NCBI GenBank assembly: GCA_018817165.1
Contig: JAHITY010000118.1
Coordinates: 6,526 to 70,525, forward strand
Direction: 5' to 3'
Origin: Candidatus Omnitrophota bacterium
GTDB lineage: Bacteria > Omnitrophota > Gorgyraeia > B26-G9
Length of the DNA: 64,000 nucleotides
Positions 49,651 through 59,124 of the stretch are shown here, in pieces (the first letter of the stretch is position 1; each line of letters opens with the position of its first letter). The notes beneath the pieces are model-generated. The model did not search any database and was not told where the DNA came from. It saw only the letters and a list, made by a program, of their open reading frames with translations. The position numbers and the translations under genes are program-made.

Positions 49651-52600
49651 ATGCTTATAGGGAAAAAGTTTAAAATTATCAGAAAGACACTGGCATTATT
49701 TTGCCTGTGGGGTTTTCTTGGCCTAAACAATGCACTGGCCTTTAGCTTGCTGGATTATCCTAATCCGGATAATTTTTTGAGTCCGCAGCTGAACATTTCC
49801 ATTCCGCTTTTCATCGATGATTATCAAAAAGTTACAAAAGCTCCGCGTTGGCTTAGACCGGATATCGTGGGTTTATTTGGCGGCACCGGAGGTAATATTG
49901 CCGGCAATGTTTTAAGTTTTAGTGATTTAAATCAGTTTTTAACGGAAAAATTATTTGTCAGTTTTATTATCTCACCGCATGATGATGGCGGTTCTTCGGT
50001 TATTCTGCAGAGAATGTTATCTGAATATCTCGGGTATACGCTTTCTCCCGGTGACACAAACAATATATTCGCCGGGCTGACGAGTTATTTTAAAAAGCGG
50101 GTTCTTAGAACGCGTTTTGAAGAGAAGATCTCAGGAACGCTTTTACGTGATCAGTTAGAGAAAATTATCAGCAATACTGAAGCACTGGCTAAGCCAAGGC
50201 CTTTATTTATAGATGAACAAGAAGAAAAAACAGTGAGCAAGATAACGATCGAAGGTATTGACTATCCTGTGAGTTTTGACGCAAAGAATAACCGGTTTAT
50301 TTTTGATCAGGATAAAGAAGCCGGGATTAATCAGAAGCTAATATTTGGTAAGGAGCAATTTATAATCAAGCAATATGCGGGGAAAACAAAATTGTGTTTT
50401 ATCCCTGATGAGAATGATTCAGAAGCCTTAACTTCTGACTTAAAAACGGATTCCAACTGGGTAGAGTTTAAACAGCAAATCTTGGAACTTGCCCGGAGTT
50501 TTGATCAGGAGTTTATAAACCCGAAAATCAAAACTTTACCGGGAAAGGTTATTGATATCTCTTCTGGAAGCATGGGGAATTTTTTAATTGCCGCTAAGAT
50601 GATTCAAACCGGGGCTTATGATCCTAAAAGAAAAGATAAAATAGATCAGGATAAATATCACCAGGGGATTCAGGAATTGTGTGAAATGCTGGATATTGAT
50701 AATGGCTTTGTCAGCTGTTCGACTTTTGATCCGGCAACTTTGTATGCAAAACTTGCTTCAATTGCTATTGAAAAAGATGATAAAGCTTTATTGCTGGATG
50801 GAAATAATGAACAAGCGCTAAAAGAAAACGGGATTATAATCGATAAAATGGATCGGAGCAATGGGGTATTTGACATTTATTATGCTGGTTTGGAAAATAA
50901 TAAGCGTACCAAGTTTGGTTTAAAAATTCGGGAATATATTGAAGGCTATGTATATAGAAATAAACTCGGACGGGAAGACAGCTATTCAGAAGTGAGTCTG
51001 CCTTTAGATGTTTTAGAACGATATCCGGTTACGCTCAGCCATAATCGGCTTAGTTTGAATCTAAAGATCACGAATCAGAAAATAGTTGGGCTAGAATATG
51101 TAAAAAAAAAGGAAACTGTAAAAATTGATCAAGAGCAATTAGCGGAGTTTGAATCAGACGGACAGATTATTTTTGCTTTGCCGAAAGAGATTAGTTCGGC
51201 TTCAGAGGAATCAATCCGCAGCTTACCACGATTTTATATTGATGCAAAGTCAGGGAGCTTAAATATAGTTCTCGATACTAAGGGAATAGGCGTTGGGTTT
51301 TTAATAAATGGAGTGGAGTTAAAAATAAAAGGCCGCTTGGTTATTGAGCAGACAAATATAACCGAGGGTTTGCATCACAGCGGAATTGTTGATTTTGGTT
51401 TTTTAAATAATGTTAAGCCGCGGGTTAACAAGCATAGCCTTTTAGCAATTGCCAATGCTCCTTTGTTCATGATGGGGCCAGGCAGTCAGTATACAAGTTT
51501 AATGTCGTTGTTGCTTATTCCGGAAGTAGTCGTAGCTTTAAAACAAAGGGTTGCCAGCGGTAAAGAGAGTTTATTTATTTTTAATCCCTTAAGAGACAAT
51601 GAAACAGTGGATAGTCAAAGCGTAAGGGATATTATTAGAGCTGTTGAAAAGGTAACAGATGTGAGATTCGGGGAAATATTTAATTATGCGGTAGTGAGTG
51701 ACAGCGAAGGGTTGCAGGAAGATTTTGCCAAAGCTGAAGATGCTTTTAGGGGAGCATCATCTCCGGATTATATAGCGGCAAAACAATTATATGAAAAGTA
51801 TTCTAAGATGTACGGCTTAATGGATGAGATGAAAAATAAAAAATTATCAAATGCGAGAGAAGCATCGAGTTTTTCCAAGCTGGCAAAATACTCAAGAGGC
51901 CTTATTAGTTTTGATGAAAATGATTTAGACGCGCTGATAGACCAAGGTGTGGAAGTTTATAAAACAAAAGTTATTTTAAGCTCTCGGGAAGTTCGCAAAA
52001 AAGGAAAGGCCGAGAAGGAGGAGTCGATCAGATATGATAATGCGCAGATCGCGAATATTATTGATCAAATACTCTGGAGCCGGGGAGCTTTGTTTAAACA
52101 GGATGAAAAATTAGCCAGGCTCAGGCAGAAGCTTATTGACGAAAATTTTGATAGATATCCCGAGGGACTTTACGAAGCAATCAACCGGATAAGAAAGGAA
52201 GGGCTTTTAGGATCAAAAAGCCCCGCGGCTGCCGCACGCTATATCTTTGAACGCTTACAAAAAGAGGATTTTGCTTTATCTGATCAGCAGAGCAGAGCAT
52301 TATTAGATAAGAAGGTAATCATCACAAATCTCAAGCATACGCTTTGTGAGAAAGACGGAATTACGCCAAAAATAAAAAAAGAGTTAGAGGTGTTTTTAAG
52401 GAACAATGGTAAATTGATCGTTATCAGCGGTTTTGAAGTTCAAGAAATGAAGCAAAGGCTGCTTGATTCTCTGGATAAGAATTTATGGAGTTCAATTATT
52501 TTAGTAGCTAATTATGGAACAGAGGCATGGTACTGGGACCAGCAGCAGTCAAAATTAATGAACTTATTTAATTTTCACAAGGAAGCGGCGCTTAAAGATA

Positions 52601-53280
52601 CTCAAATAGCTAAATGGCAGCAAGTAGTGGATAATACTCTGCGGGAATATGCTTTGGATAGACCGCTTAGAGTTAAAGGCCAAGACGTGGATCAAACTAT
52701 TGCGAAAGTAGAAGATCGGGCAACGATGATTGCTTTGCGCTTGAGATCGCGAGCTTTTTTGAGCAGTTTAAATGCTATTAGCGAGGTAAACAAGCGCTTA
52801 AAAGAACAAGATCTGCCTCAGGTCAAAGCTGATGGGATTTTACGTACTCCGATGCTTGAGCGTTTAAATAATATGTTTGCCAAATATGATCTGCCGATAA
52901 GCGCTGTTTTGGGTGGAACCGGGACGATTAATACAATGGTTGAAAAAGCGGCGAATAAGGGCGATGTGATTCAGCGGGTATTATCGGCGGCAATAGATAA
53001 GGGCCTGCTGTTAAGAGAAAACCTTGAGCAAATCCTGATAATGGGTAAGGGCAATTATGAAATAGCCGAAAGGCTGCATGTGCCTTGGCTGGTGTTCCAG
53101 GTCCCGCGTCAATCCACTGAGCATACGATTGAATTTAAGAAAGGATATGGGGTTGGAGGTGCTGAGATATTTTTAGAAATTCTTAATTCGGTACAGGGGG
53201 CTTTGAATTCCTCAAAAATAGATGGTAAAAGCCGGAAGGATATCCAGGATAATGCGATGTTTATTGATCAGGCTATATAG
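49651..53280 (+). CDS. Signal-peptide protein with a YvcK/GlmR (UPF0052/CofD-like) domain split by insertions and a degenerate HAD-like domain
   Basis: Signal peptide ALA|F. YvcK motifs: GGTG, DDGGSS, PGD, GN.L.AA, GPGSQYTS, RYD. The C-terminal motif order is HAD-IIB-like but lacks the catalytic Asp (NLKHT). Confidence 0.75.
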   Translation: MLIGKKFKIIRKTLALFCLWGFLGLNNALAFSLLDYPNPDNFLSPQLNISIPLFIDDYQKVTKAPRWLRPDIVGLFGGTGGNIAGNVLSFSDLNQFLTEKLFVSFIISPHDDGGSSVILQRMLSEYLGYTLSPGDTNNIFAGLTSYFKKRVLRTRFEEKISGTLLRDQLEKIISNTEALAKPRPLFIDEQEEKTVSKITIEGIDYPVSFDAKNNRFIFDQDKEAGINQKLIFGKEQFIIKQYAGKTKLCFIPDENDSEALTSDLKTDSNWVEFKQQILELARSFDQEFINPKIKTLPGKVIDISSGSMGNFLIAAKMIQTGAYDPKRKDKIDQDKYHQGIQELCEMLDIDNGFVSCSTFDPATLYAKLASIAIEKDDKALLLDGNNEQALKENGIIIDKMDRSNGVFDIYYAGLENNKRTKFGLKIREYIEGYVYRNKLGREDSYSEVSLPLDVLERYPVTLSHNRLSLNLKITNQKIVGLEYVKKKETVKIDQEQLAEFESDGQIIFALPKEISSASEESIRSLPRFYIDAKSGSLNIVLDTKGIGVGFLINGVELKIKGRLVIEQTNITEGLHHSGIVDFGFLNNVKPRVNKHSLLAIANAPLFMMGPGSQYTSLMSLLLIPEVVVALKQRVASGKESLFIFNPLRDNETVDSQSVRDIIRAVEKVTDVRFGEIFNYAVVSDSEGLQEDFAKAEDAFRGASSPDYIAAKQLYEKYSKMYGLMDEMKNKKLSNAREASSFSKLAKYSRGLISFDENDLDALIDQGVEVYKTKVILSSREVRKKGKAEKEESIRYDNAQIANIIDQILWSRGALFKQDEKLARLRQKLIDENFDRYPEGLYEAINRIRKEGLLGSKSPAAAARYIFERLQKEDFALSDQQSRALLDKKVIITNLKHTLCEKDGITPKIKKELEVFLRNNGKLIVISGFEVQEMKQRLLDSLDKNLWSSIILVANYGTEAWYWDQQQSKLMNLFNFHKEAALKDTQIAKWQQVVDNTLREYALDRPLRVKGQDVDQTIAKVEDRATMIALRLRSRAFLSSLNAISEVNKRLKEQDLPQVKADGILRTPMLERLNNMFAKYDLPISAVLGGTGTINTMVEKAANKGDVIQRVLSAAIDKGLLLRENLEQILIMGKGNYEIAERLHVPWLVFQVPRQSTEHTIEFKKGYGVGGAEIFLEILNSVQGALNSSKIDGKSRKDIQDNAMFIDQAI

Positions 53281-53350
53281 ATTGTTTGATTTTATTGGTT
53301 AAACAAGTATCTTTAACTAGTAAATATAATATTTGCAATGCTTTAGCTTT

Positions 53351-53379
53351 TTGCTTTTTAGCTGACTTTATGGTATAAT
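53351..53379 (+). promoter_or_regulatory. Sigma70 promoter for the RSH-like gene
   Basis: TTGCTT-N17-TATAAT with TGn. Confidence 0.6.
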
Positions 53380-53428
53380 TTATAAGTTTTTAAAAAGACT
53401 TATAAAACAAATATGATAGGTGTGATTC

Positions 53429-56221
53429 ATGAAGTTGCAAAAAAACAATCTTAAAAGAAAATTTTTTTATATAATAAATTTACTTATTATCCAGGTATTT
53501 TTATTATATAATTTGGCTTTTGCGGAAAGTTTAAAAGCTGAAAGCAATTTTCTTAGCCCTTCTTTGCAGATCGGTGTTCCTAATTTTCTCACTGTTTTTG
53601 ACAGGTATAATCAGAATAATACTGACAATATAGATAGTTATTCTCTGTTTGAGCAAAAGAAATTACAAGCAGGACTGATTAAAAAAATAATCTCTGAAAT
53701 TGAGAAAAGTGATAAATTTACATCTGCTGATTTAGAAATAGTAAAAAAATTCATAAAAATCGCAGAATCTAATTATGGAGAATCAACCTTTTCCTCTGAG
53801 CCGAATGAATACTATTTTAATCATGTGCTTGAGGTTACTGAAATTCTGCTCAGACCAGATCTAAAGTTGAATCCTTCTATGGATACTGTTTGTGCTGGGC
53901 TATTGCATCGGATGCCTGATACCCGTATTTGGCAGTCATTAATGGCAGCCGGAATAGAAGATGTTTTAATTGATGAGATAGTGAGTCTTAAAAATAAATT
54001 TTTAAATCTTACAGATTTTTCTTATACAAAGATGAATTTAAAAAAAGATAGACATACTCTTAATAATTTTATGAATAATATTATACAGCAATCTGAAGAT
54101 GATTTGGGTCAAGCTGCTCCCAATATTATAAAGCTTGTCTTGGCGGATAAGCTTGCCTCAATAAGATTTGCGTCAGAAGTAGACAGGGATACCCTTGTAA
54201 AAGATATAGCTGATGTTTATGCTCCTTTGGCACATCGGATTGGGGCACAAAAATTAAAGGATAAACTTTATAATGAATCATTTCGCTTGGCGCGCCCTGC
54301 AGAATATAAACAAACTTTAAAACTGGTTGAGGCTTTTCTCGGCAAAGATTATTTTGAATTAGATGCTGATTTGCAGGTGCTGGAAGAAAAATTAAAGAGA
54401 TTTATTAAGGATAACTTTAGAGTTGATTTTACAATCGATGTTATGGTAAGGGTTAAGGGCTTGTATGAAATTTATGAAAAATTCCGCGATAGAGAAAGTT
54501 TAAATGATGTTTTGGGTATAAGAATAATATGTGATTGTTCTGCAGCAGAGCTATATCAATTTTCAGATGTAGTCCAGCAGATTGTAGGTACTTGGGATCC
54601 TAAATTGTATGACCAGAAATTTGAGAATGGACTGCAGAGCGGGATGATATTTGTAGATGTAGGCTCTGTTGATAGCTATGATGGTAATCCTTATGAAGTA
54701 CAAATATTAAACAGACAAAGTCATGAAAAAAGAGAAAGAGAATTCCCGCATTGGTCTTATAAATTAGCACAGCGGACAGGTCAAGTATTTGATACGGAAG
54801 AATATGTTCCGATTGGTGATTTTGATGATGATTTTAAGCGTGTATTTGATGGATTAAAAGATAGCGTATTTCCGATTGCTTTGGGTGCGAATGGGGAGCT
54901 TGAAATAAAGCGTTTGGCTGCTGGGTCTGTGCCTGCTGATTTGGCTGCCGCACGCTTGGTAAACCGTTTAAATGAGGATTATAAAGGGGCTAAGGTTAGT
55001 CAATGGAAAAATGGATTGTTACTTAATACACAAGATGTAGCCATGGATTATCAAATAAAGTCTAAGGATATAGTCGAAATTGTAAGCGCTCAAGGGTACT
55101 TAAAAAATGATATTAATAAAAGAACAAATTTAAGGAAAAGCGTTAAAGGATTCAGAACTCAGTTATTGCTTGCTTTAATGGATTTAGGCGTAAGTCCTGA
55201 TTCTTCAAAGATAACATCTGGAGAAATAAGGCTTAAAGAACAATTTGATTTAAGGGGCATAAAGATTACCAGTAAGGTTGTTGAGGAATTTCTAACTCCA
55301 TTTGCTATAAGTCTGGGTTTAGCAGATGTAAAAGAGCTTTATCTGGCACTGACATATTATAATCAACAAGTGAGTGTTGGCGAAGTCATTGAAGCGGCCA
55401 AAGAATCAGGGATTAAAATCATCAAAGATAATTTTTCTGCAGATGACTTTATGTTAGGACAGATTGCTAAGAAAGGGTCACTGGAAGAATTTTTTGTTAG
55501 GGTTGGAGCAGGAGAGATAACGATAAAAGATATCAAGGCAAAAATAAAAGATTTAAAGAATGGCATTAAAACTGATATTAAAAATGTCCGTTTTGATAAA
55601 GAATATAAATTTAAGCTGACTATTCCCAGGCACACAAAGAGAAGCTCTAAGGAACGGCTTAATCAACAAATGATTACAACAAGAGTAAAAAATATTAATG
55701 AGATCATAAAATCTCTTGGTTTGGAAGTTGTTGGTGGAGAAGTGAAAAGTCCGGTATCAAAAGGCAATGGTTCGATTAAAATCCAGTTTTCTGTGCTGCA
55801 TGATGATATCTTTCAAATAAATGAATTAGTCAAAAAATTTAAAAATTCTCAAAAGGTGAAGATTGATACCATTGGATTTAATGAAACTGTAGGAAGGAAG
55901 TTTGTAGTTGAGTTCTTTAATCAAGGCCAGAAACTTACGAGTTTGATTGAATATCTTGAAAATATAATATCTCAGGAAAGCAACAGCACTCAGACTATAG
56001 AGCTTGATGTTAAGAAACAGCCGCTTGATCAAGTTAAGGATGGGATTATTGAAATAACAACCACACTTCCTTCGGGACTTGATAAAAAAGCGATTACTAC
56101 GATTCTAGAAAGGATAGAAAAAGATAGAATAGCACATCAGGCAACTAGAAATGGACTTGGTCCTCAAGCCCAAAAAAAACATATCCCTGAGCTTATGAGA
56201 ATGCTCCAATTTTCAATATAA
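53429..56221 (+). CDS. Signal-peptide protein with a degenerate long RelA/SpoT homolog (HD, synthetase, TGS)
   Basis: Signal peptide AFA|E; HVLEV...AGLLHR, YAPLAHRIG...K.KL, RVKGLYEIYEK, DVLGIR, EVQI, HWSYK; TGS-like GAKV...DIVEI. Confidence 0.8.
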   Translation: MKLQKNNLKRKFFYIINLLIIQVFLLYNLAFAESLKAESNFLSPSLQIGVPNFLTVFDRYNQNNTDNIDSYSLFEQKKLQAGLIKKIISEIEKSDKFTSADLEIVKKFIKIAESNYGESTFSSEPNEYYFNHVLEVTEILLRPDLKLNPSMDTVCAGLLHRMPDTRIWQSLMAAGIEDVLIDEIVSLKNKFLNLTDFSYTKMNLKKDRHTLNNFMNNIIQQSEDDLGQAAPNIIKLVLADKLASIRFASEVDRDTLVKDIADVYAPLAHRIGAQKLKDKLYNESFRLARPAEYKQTLKLVEAFLGKDYFELDADLQVLEEKLKRFIKDNFRVDFTIDVMVRVKGLYEIYEKFRDRESLNDVLGIRIICDCSAAELYQFSDVVQQIVGTWDPKLYDQKFENGLQSGMIFVDVGSVDSYDGNPYEVQILNRQSHEKREREFPHWSYKLAQRTGQVFDTEEYVPIGDFDDDFKRVFDGLKDSVFPIALGANGELEIKRLAAGSVPADLAAARLVNRLNEDYKGAKVSQWKNGLLLNTQDVAMDYQIKSKDIVEIVSAQGYLKNDINKRTNLRKSVKGFRTQLLLALMDLGVSPDSSKITSGEIRLKEQFDLRGIKITSKVVEEFLTPFAISLGLADVKELYLALTYYNQQVSVGEVIEAAKESGIKIIKDNFSADDFMLGQIAKKGSLEEFFVRVGAGEITIKDIKAKIKDLKNGIKTDIKNVRFDKEYKFKLTIPRHTKRSSKERLNQQMITTRVKNINEIIKSLGLEVVGGEVKSPVSKGNGSIKIQFSVLHDDIFQINELVKKFKNSQKVKIDTIGFNETVGRKFVVEFFNQGQKLTSLIEYLENIISQESNSTQTIELDVKKQPLDQVKDGIIEITTTLPSGLDKKAITTILERIEKDRIAHQATRNGLGPQAQKKHIPELMRMLQFSI

Positions 56222-56247
56222 TTTTTATTTTTTCTTTTCTTTTTTTA

Positions 56248-56256
56248 TGCTATAAT
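56248..56256 (+). promoter_or_regulatory. Extended -10 promoter, probably giving a leaderless transcript
   Basis: TGCTATAAT 7 nt before the ATG at 56264; no SD. Confidence 0.5.
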
Positions 56257-56263
56257 ATGAAAC

Positions 56264-56668
56264 ATGGAAAATATAAAAACCTCTTGGCCGCAAGAAAAGG
56301 CGCTTAAACATCATAAAATTGCCTCTATCCTTATAATCATTAGCGCTATTTCTGGATTATACTTATGTCTTGATGATATTATAATTTTGGGTAATAATTT
56401 AAGCGCTTTTGTTTTTCCTTATTTATTTAATTATTTTGGCTTGTTCCTGTCATTATTTCAACTATATACGGCAATTTGTTTTCTGAACAAACAAGCCTGG
56501 GCTAGCAAAGCTATTTTATGGATTTTTTTAATCAGACTGCTTATGGGATATTATGATTTAATCGAGGTTGTCCCGGTTGTTCTTGTTCTGCCGTATTTAC
56601 TATTTATTCTTTCGGGAAAAAGATTAAATAGTTTGTTTGAAAAAAGTGCTAGTGACGTAAGTGCTTAA
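56264..56668 (+). CDS. Hypothetical membrane protein (~4 TM)
   Basis: Alternating hydrophobic segments; no recognised family. Confidence 0.65.
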   Translation: MENIKTSWPQEKALKHHKIASILIIISAISGLYLCLDDIIILGNNLSAFVFPYLFNYFGLFLSLFQLYTAICFLNKQAWASKAILWIFLIRLLMGYYDLIEVVPVVLVLPYLLFILSGKRLNSLFEKSASDVSA

Positions 56669-56729
56669 AATTATTGGGGTTTTAAATATTTAGCTGCTTT
56701 TCCGGAATATCGCTGAGTTTAGGCTTAGC

Positions 56730-56758
56730 TTGACATTCAAATTAGTTTGGGGTACAAT
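56730..56758 (+). promoter_or_regulatory. Sigma70 promoter for the fau-rny region
   Basis: TTGACA-N17-TACAAT, ending 5 nt before the ATG at 56764. Confidence 0.7.
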
Positions 56759-56763
56759 TTTAA

Positions 56764-57318
56764 ATGAATAAAATGGTTATAAGGGAACGGATTCTAAAGA
56801 AATTAAAAGCGCAAAGAGAGGAGCTAAAACACAAGAAAAGCTTAGCAATAAAAAAACAACTATTTTCACAAAATCTGTTTTTACAGGCAGATACAATAAT
56901 GTTTTATATAGCGAATGATGATGAAGTTGATACAAAAGATATGATTAAAGATGTGCTTAAAATGAGAAAAAAGGTGGTTGTTCCAGTGACATTGGTAAAA
57001 GAAAATAAGATAATTCCTTCTCAGTTAAAAGATTTCGATAAAGAACTGATTAAGGGGCCTTATGGGATCTATCAACCAAAAAAACAATTCATACGCAAGG
57101 TTTTATTAAAAACCATTGATTTGATTATTGTTCCAGGAGTTGCTTTTGACCGTTTAGGGAATAGACTAGGACGGGGCGGGGGCTATTATGATAGATTTTT
57201 GGCAAAATTACAAAAATATGATGTACCAATGTTAGGGTTGGCATTTAAATGCCAGATATTGAATAAACTTCCTGTCTTACCTCATGACATTCCTGTCACA
57301 AAGCTCATTTTTGCCTAA
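56764..57318 (+). CDS. fau: 5-formyltetrahydrofolate cyclo-ligase
   Basis: EVDT, IDLIIVPGVAFD..GNRLGRGGGYYDRFL, PHD. Confidence 0.95.
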   Translation: MNKMVIRERILKKLKAQREELKHKKSLAIKKQLFSQNLFLQADTIMFYIANDDEVDTKDMIKDVLKMRKKVVVPVTLVKENKIIPSQLKDFDKELIKGPYGIYQPKKQFIRKVLLKTIDLIIVPGVAFDRLGNRLGRGGGYYDRFLAKLQKYDVPMLGLAFKCQILNKLPVLPHDIPVTKLIFA

Positions 57319-57418
57319 TCTTAAACTGATCTCAAATCGCTAAGTGTTTATTTTAATGCAAACTTAATCGTTGTTATAACACTGAGATAGTACATCTTAA
57401 GGAGGTGAAGATCAAACT

Positions 57419-58978
57419 ATGAGTACTTTAAATATTATAATTGGGGTATCTAGTGGGATTGTCTTCTTTTTGGCTGGGTATCTTTTTCGCCGGTTTGGAG
57501 CGGAGAAAAAAGTACAAAGTGCGGAAAACAAGGCAAAACTTATTTTAGAAGAGGCGGATAAACAGGTAGAAGCAAAAAAGAAAGAAGCAAGTTTGGAAGC
57601 AAAAGACTTGCTGTATAAGACCAGAATAGAATTTGAAAAAGAATCAAAAAATAGACGCCAAGAATTACTGACTATTGAAAGACGGCTAATCAGTCGTGAA
57701 GAAAATCTGGATAGAAAAGTCGATCTTCTTGAGAAAAAAGAGCAGGATTTAAGTACGAAATATAAAAATCTGGAAACAAAAGAACAAGAAAACAAAGAGA
57801 AAGAAGATGAACTGAAAAGTCTTGTTTTAGAAGAAAAAGACCGTCTTCAGAAAGTTTCCGGATTAACCAGTGATGAGGCAAAAAAAATCTTGCTCAAGCA
57901 CATGGAAGGTGAAGTCAGATATGATGCGAATCTGATGATTAAAAGAATCGAAGATGAATCAAAAGACATTGCTGCTAAGAAAGCAAAGCAGATCATTAGT
58001 TTAGCTATTCAGCGTTGTGCTGCTGAGCATACAGTCGAATCAACCGTCAGTGTGGTTAGTTTGCCTAGTGATGATATGAAGGGCAGAATTATCGGTAGAG
58101 AGGGCCGTAATATCAGATCTTTAGAAGTGGCTACGGGAGTGGATGTGATTATTGATGATACTCCTGAGGCTGTTACCTTATCAGGATTTGATCCGATTCG
58201 CAGGGAAATAGCGCGCTTATCTCTTGAGCGCCTGATTGCCAACGGCAGAATCCATCCGGCTAGAATAGAAGAAGTCGTGGAAAAAGTAAAAAAAGAAATG
58301 GATGTTACTATCAAGGAAGAAGGTGAAAAAGCTTCTTTTGATGTAGGGGTTCAAAGAATTCATCCGGAAATAGTAAGACTCCTTGGTCGTTTGAAATACC
58401 GAACAAGTTATGGGCAAAATGTATTACAACATGCTAAAGAAGTGGCTTATATTATGGGGCTACTTGCAGGACAGCTTGACCTTGATGTTACGCTGGCTAA
58501 GAGAATAGGATTATTGCATGATATTGGTAAAGCTGTGGACCATGATCAGGAAGGAACGCATGCTGGTTTAGGAGCAGATCTAGCTAGAAAATATGGAGAA
58601 AATCAGGAAGTAGTAAACGCGATCGCGGCGCATCATGATGATAGTGAGTCTAATTCTGTTTATGGAATTTTGGTTCAAGCTGCAGATGCAATCAGTGCGA
58701 CAAGGCCAGGAGCTCGCCGGGAAACATTGGAAATTTATATTAAACGCTTAGAGAAGTTAGAAGCTATTGCGGATTCTTTTAAAGGTGTTGACCGGGCATT
58801 TGCAATTCAGGCTGGTAGGGAAATCAGAGTTATTGTTCATCCCGATAAGGTTGGAGATGCTGAATCAGCAATAATGGCACGTGAGATTACTAAAAGAATT
58901 GAAAATGAATTAGAGTATCCAGGACAGGTAAAAGTAACTGTTATCCGGGAAAAACGAGTTGTTGAATACGCAAAATAA
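57419..58978 (+). CDS. rny: Ribonuclease Y
   Basis: N-terminal TM helix, coiled coil, KH (KGRIIGREGRNI), HD (LLHDIGK), ADAISA.RPGAR. Confidence 0.98.
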   Translation: MSTLNIIIGVSSGIVFFLAGYLFRRFGAEKKVQSAENKAKLILEEADKQVEAKKKEASLEAKDLLYKTRIEFEKESKNRRQELLTIERRLISREENLDRKVDLLEKKEQDLSTKYKNLETKEQENKEKEDELKSLVLEEKDRLQKVSGLTSDEAKKILLKHMEGEVRYDANLMIKRIEDESKDIAAKKAKQIISLAIQRCAAEHTVESTVSVVSLPSDDMKGRIIGREGRNIRSLEVATGVDVIIDDTPEAVTLSGFDPIRREIARLSLERLIANGRIHPARIEEVVEKVKKEMDVTIKEEGEKASFDVGVQRIHPEIVRLLGRLKYRTSYGQNVLQHAKEVAYIMGLLAGQLDLDVTLAKRIGLLHDIGKAVDHDQEGTHAGLGADLARKYGENQEVVNAIAAHHDDSESNSVYGILVQAADAISATRPGARRETLEIYIKRLEKLEAIADSFKGVDRAFAIQAGREIRVIVHPDKVGDAESAIMAREITKRIENELEYPGQVKVTVIREKRVVEYAK

Positions 58979-58990
58979 ATACTCATTTAA

Positions 58991-59108
58991 CGGTTAGGGT
59001 GACGAAACCCGTATCGTATGACGTTGGCGGTTACGGAAGTTAATAAAAAATAACAGTTTTTAAACACGGAAAACGTAACCAAAAACCGAAACGGGCATCG
59101 TAACCGTT
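58991..59108. repeat. Structured repeat family B, copy 4
   Basis: GGTGACGAAACCCGTATCG ... CGAAACGGGCATCGTAACC. Confidence 0.85.
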
Positions 59109-59124
59109 CAACGTGGGACGAATT

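Noticed and set aside
56669-57418. 6S RNA expected near fau/rny
   Set aside because: The spacers are only about 100 bp, AT-rich, and lack the long rod structure.
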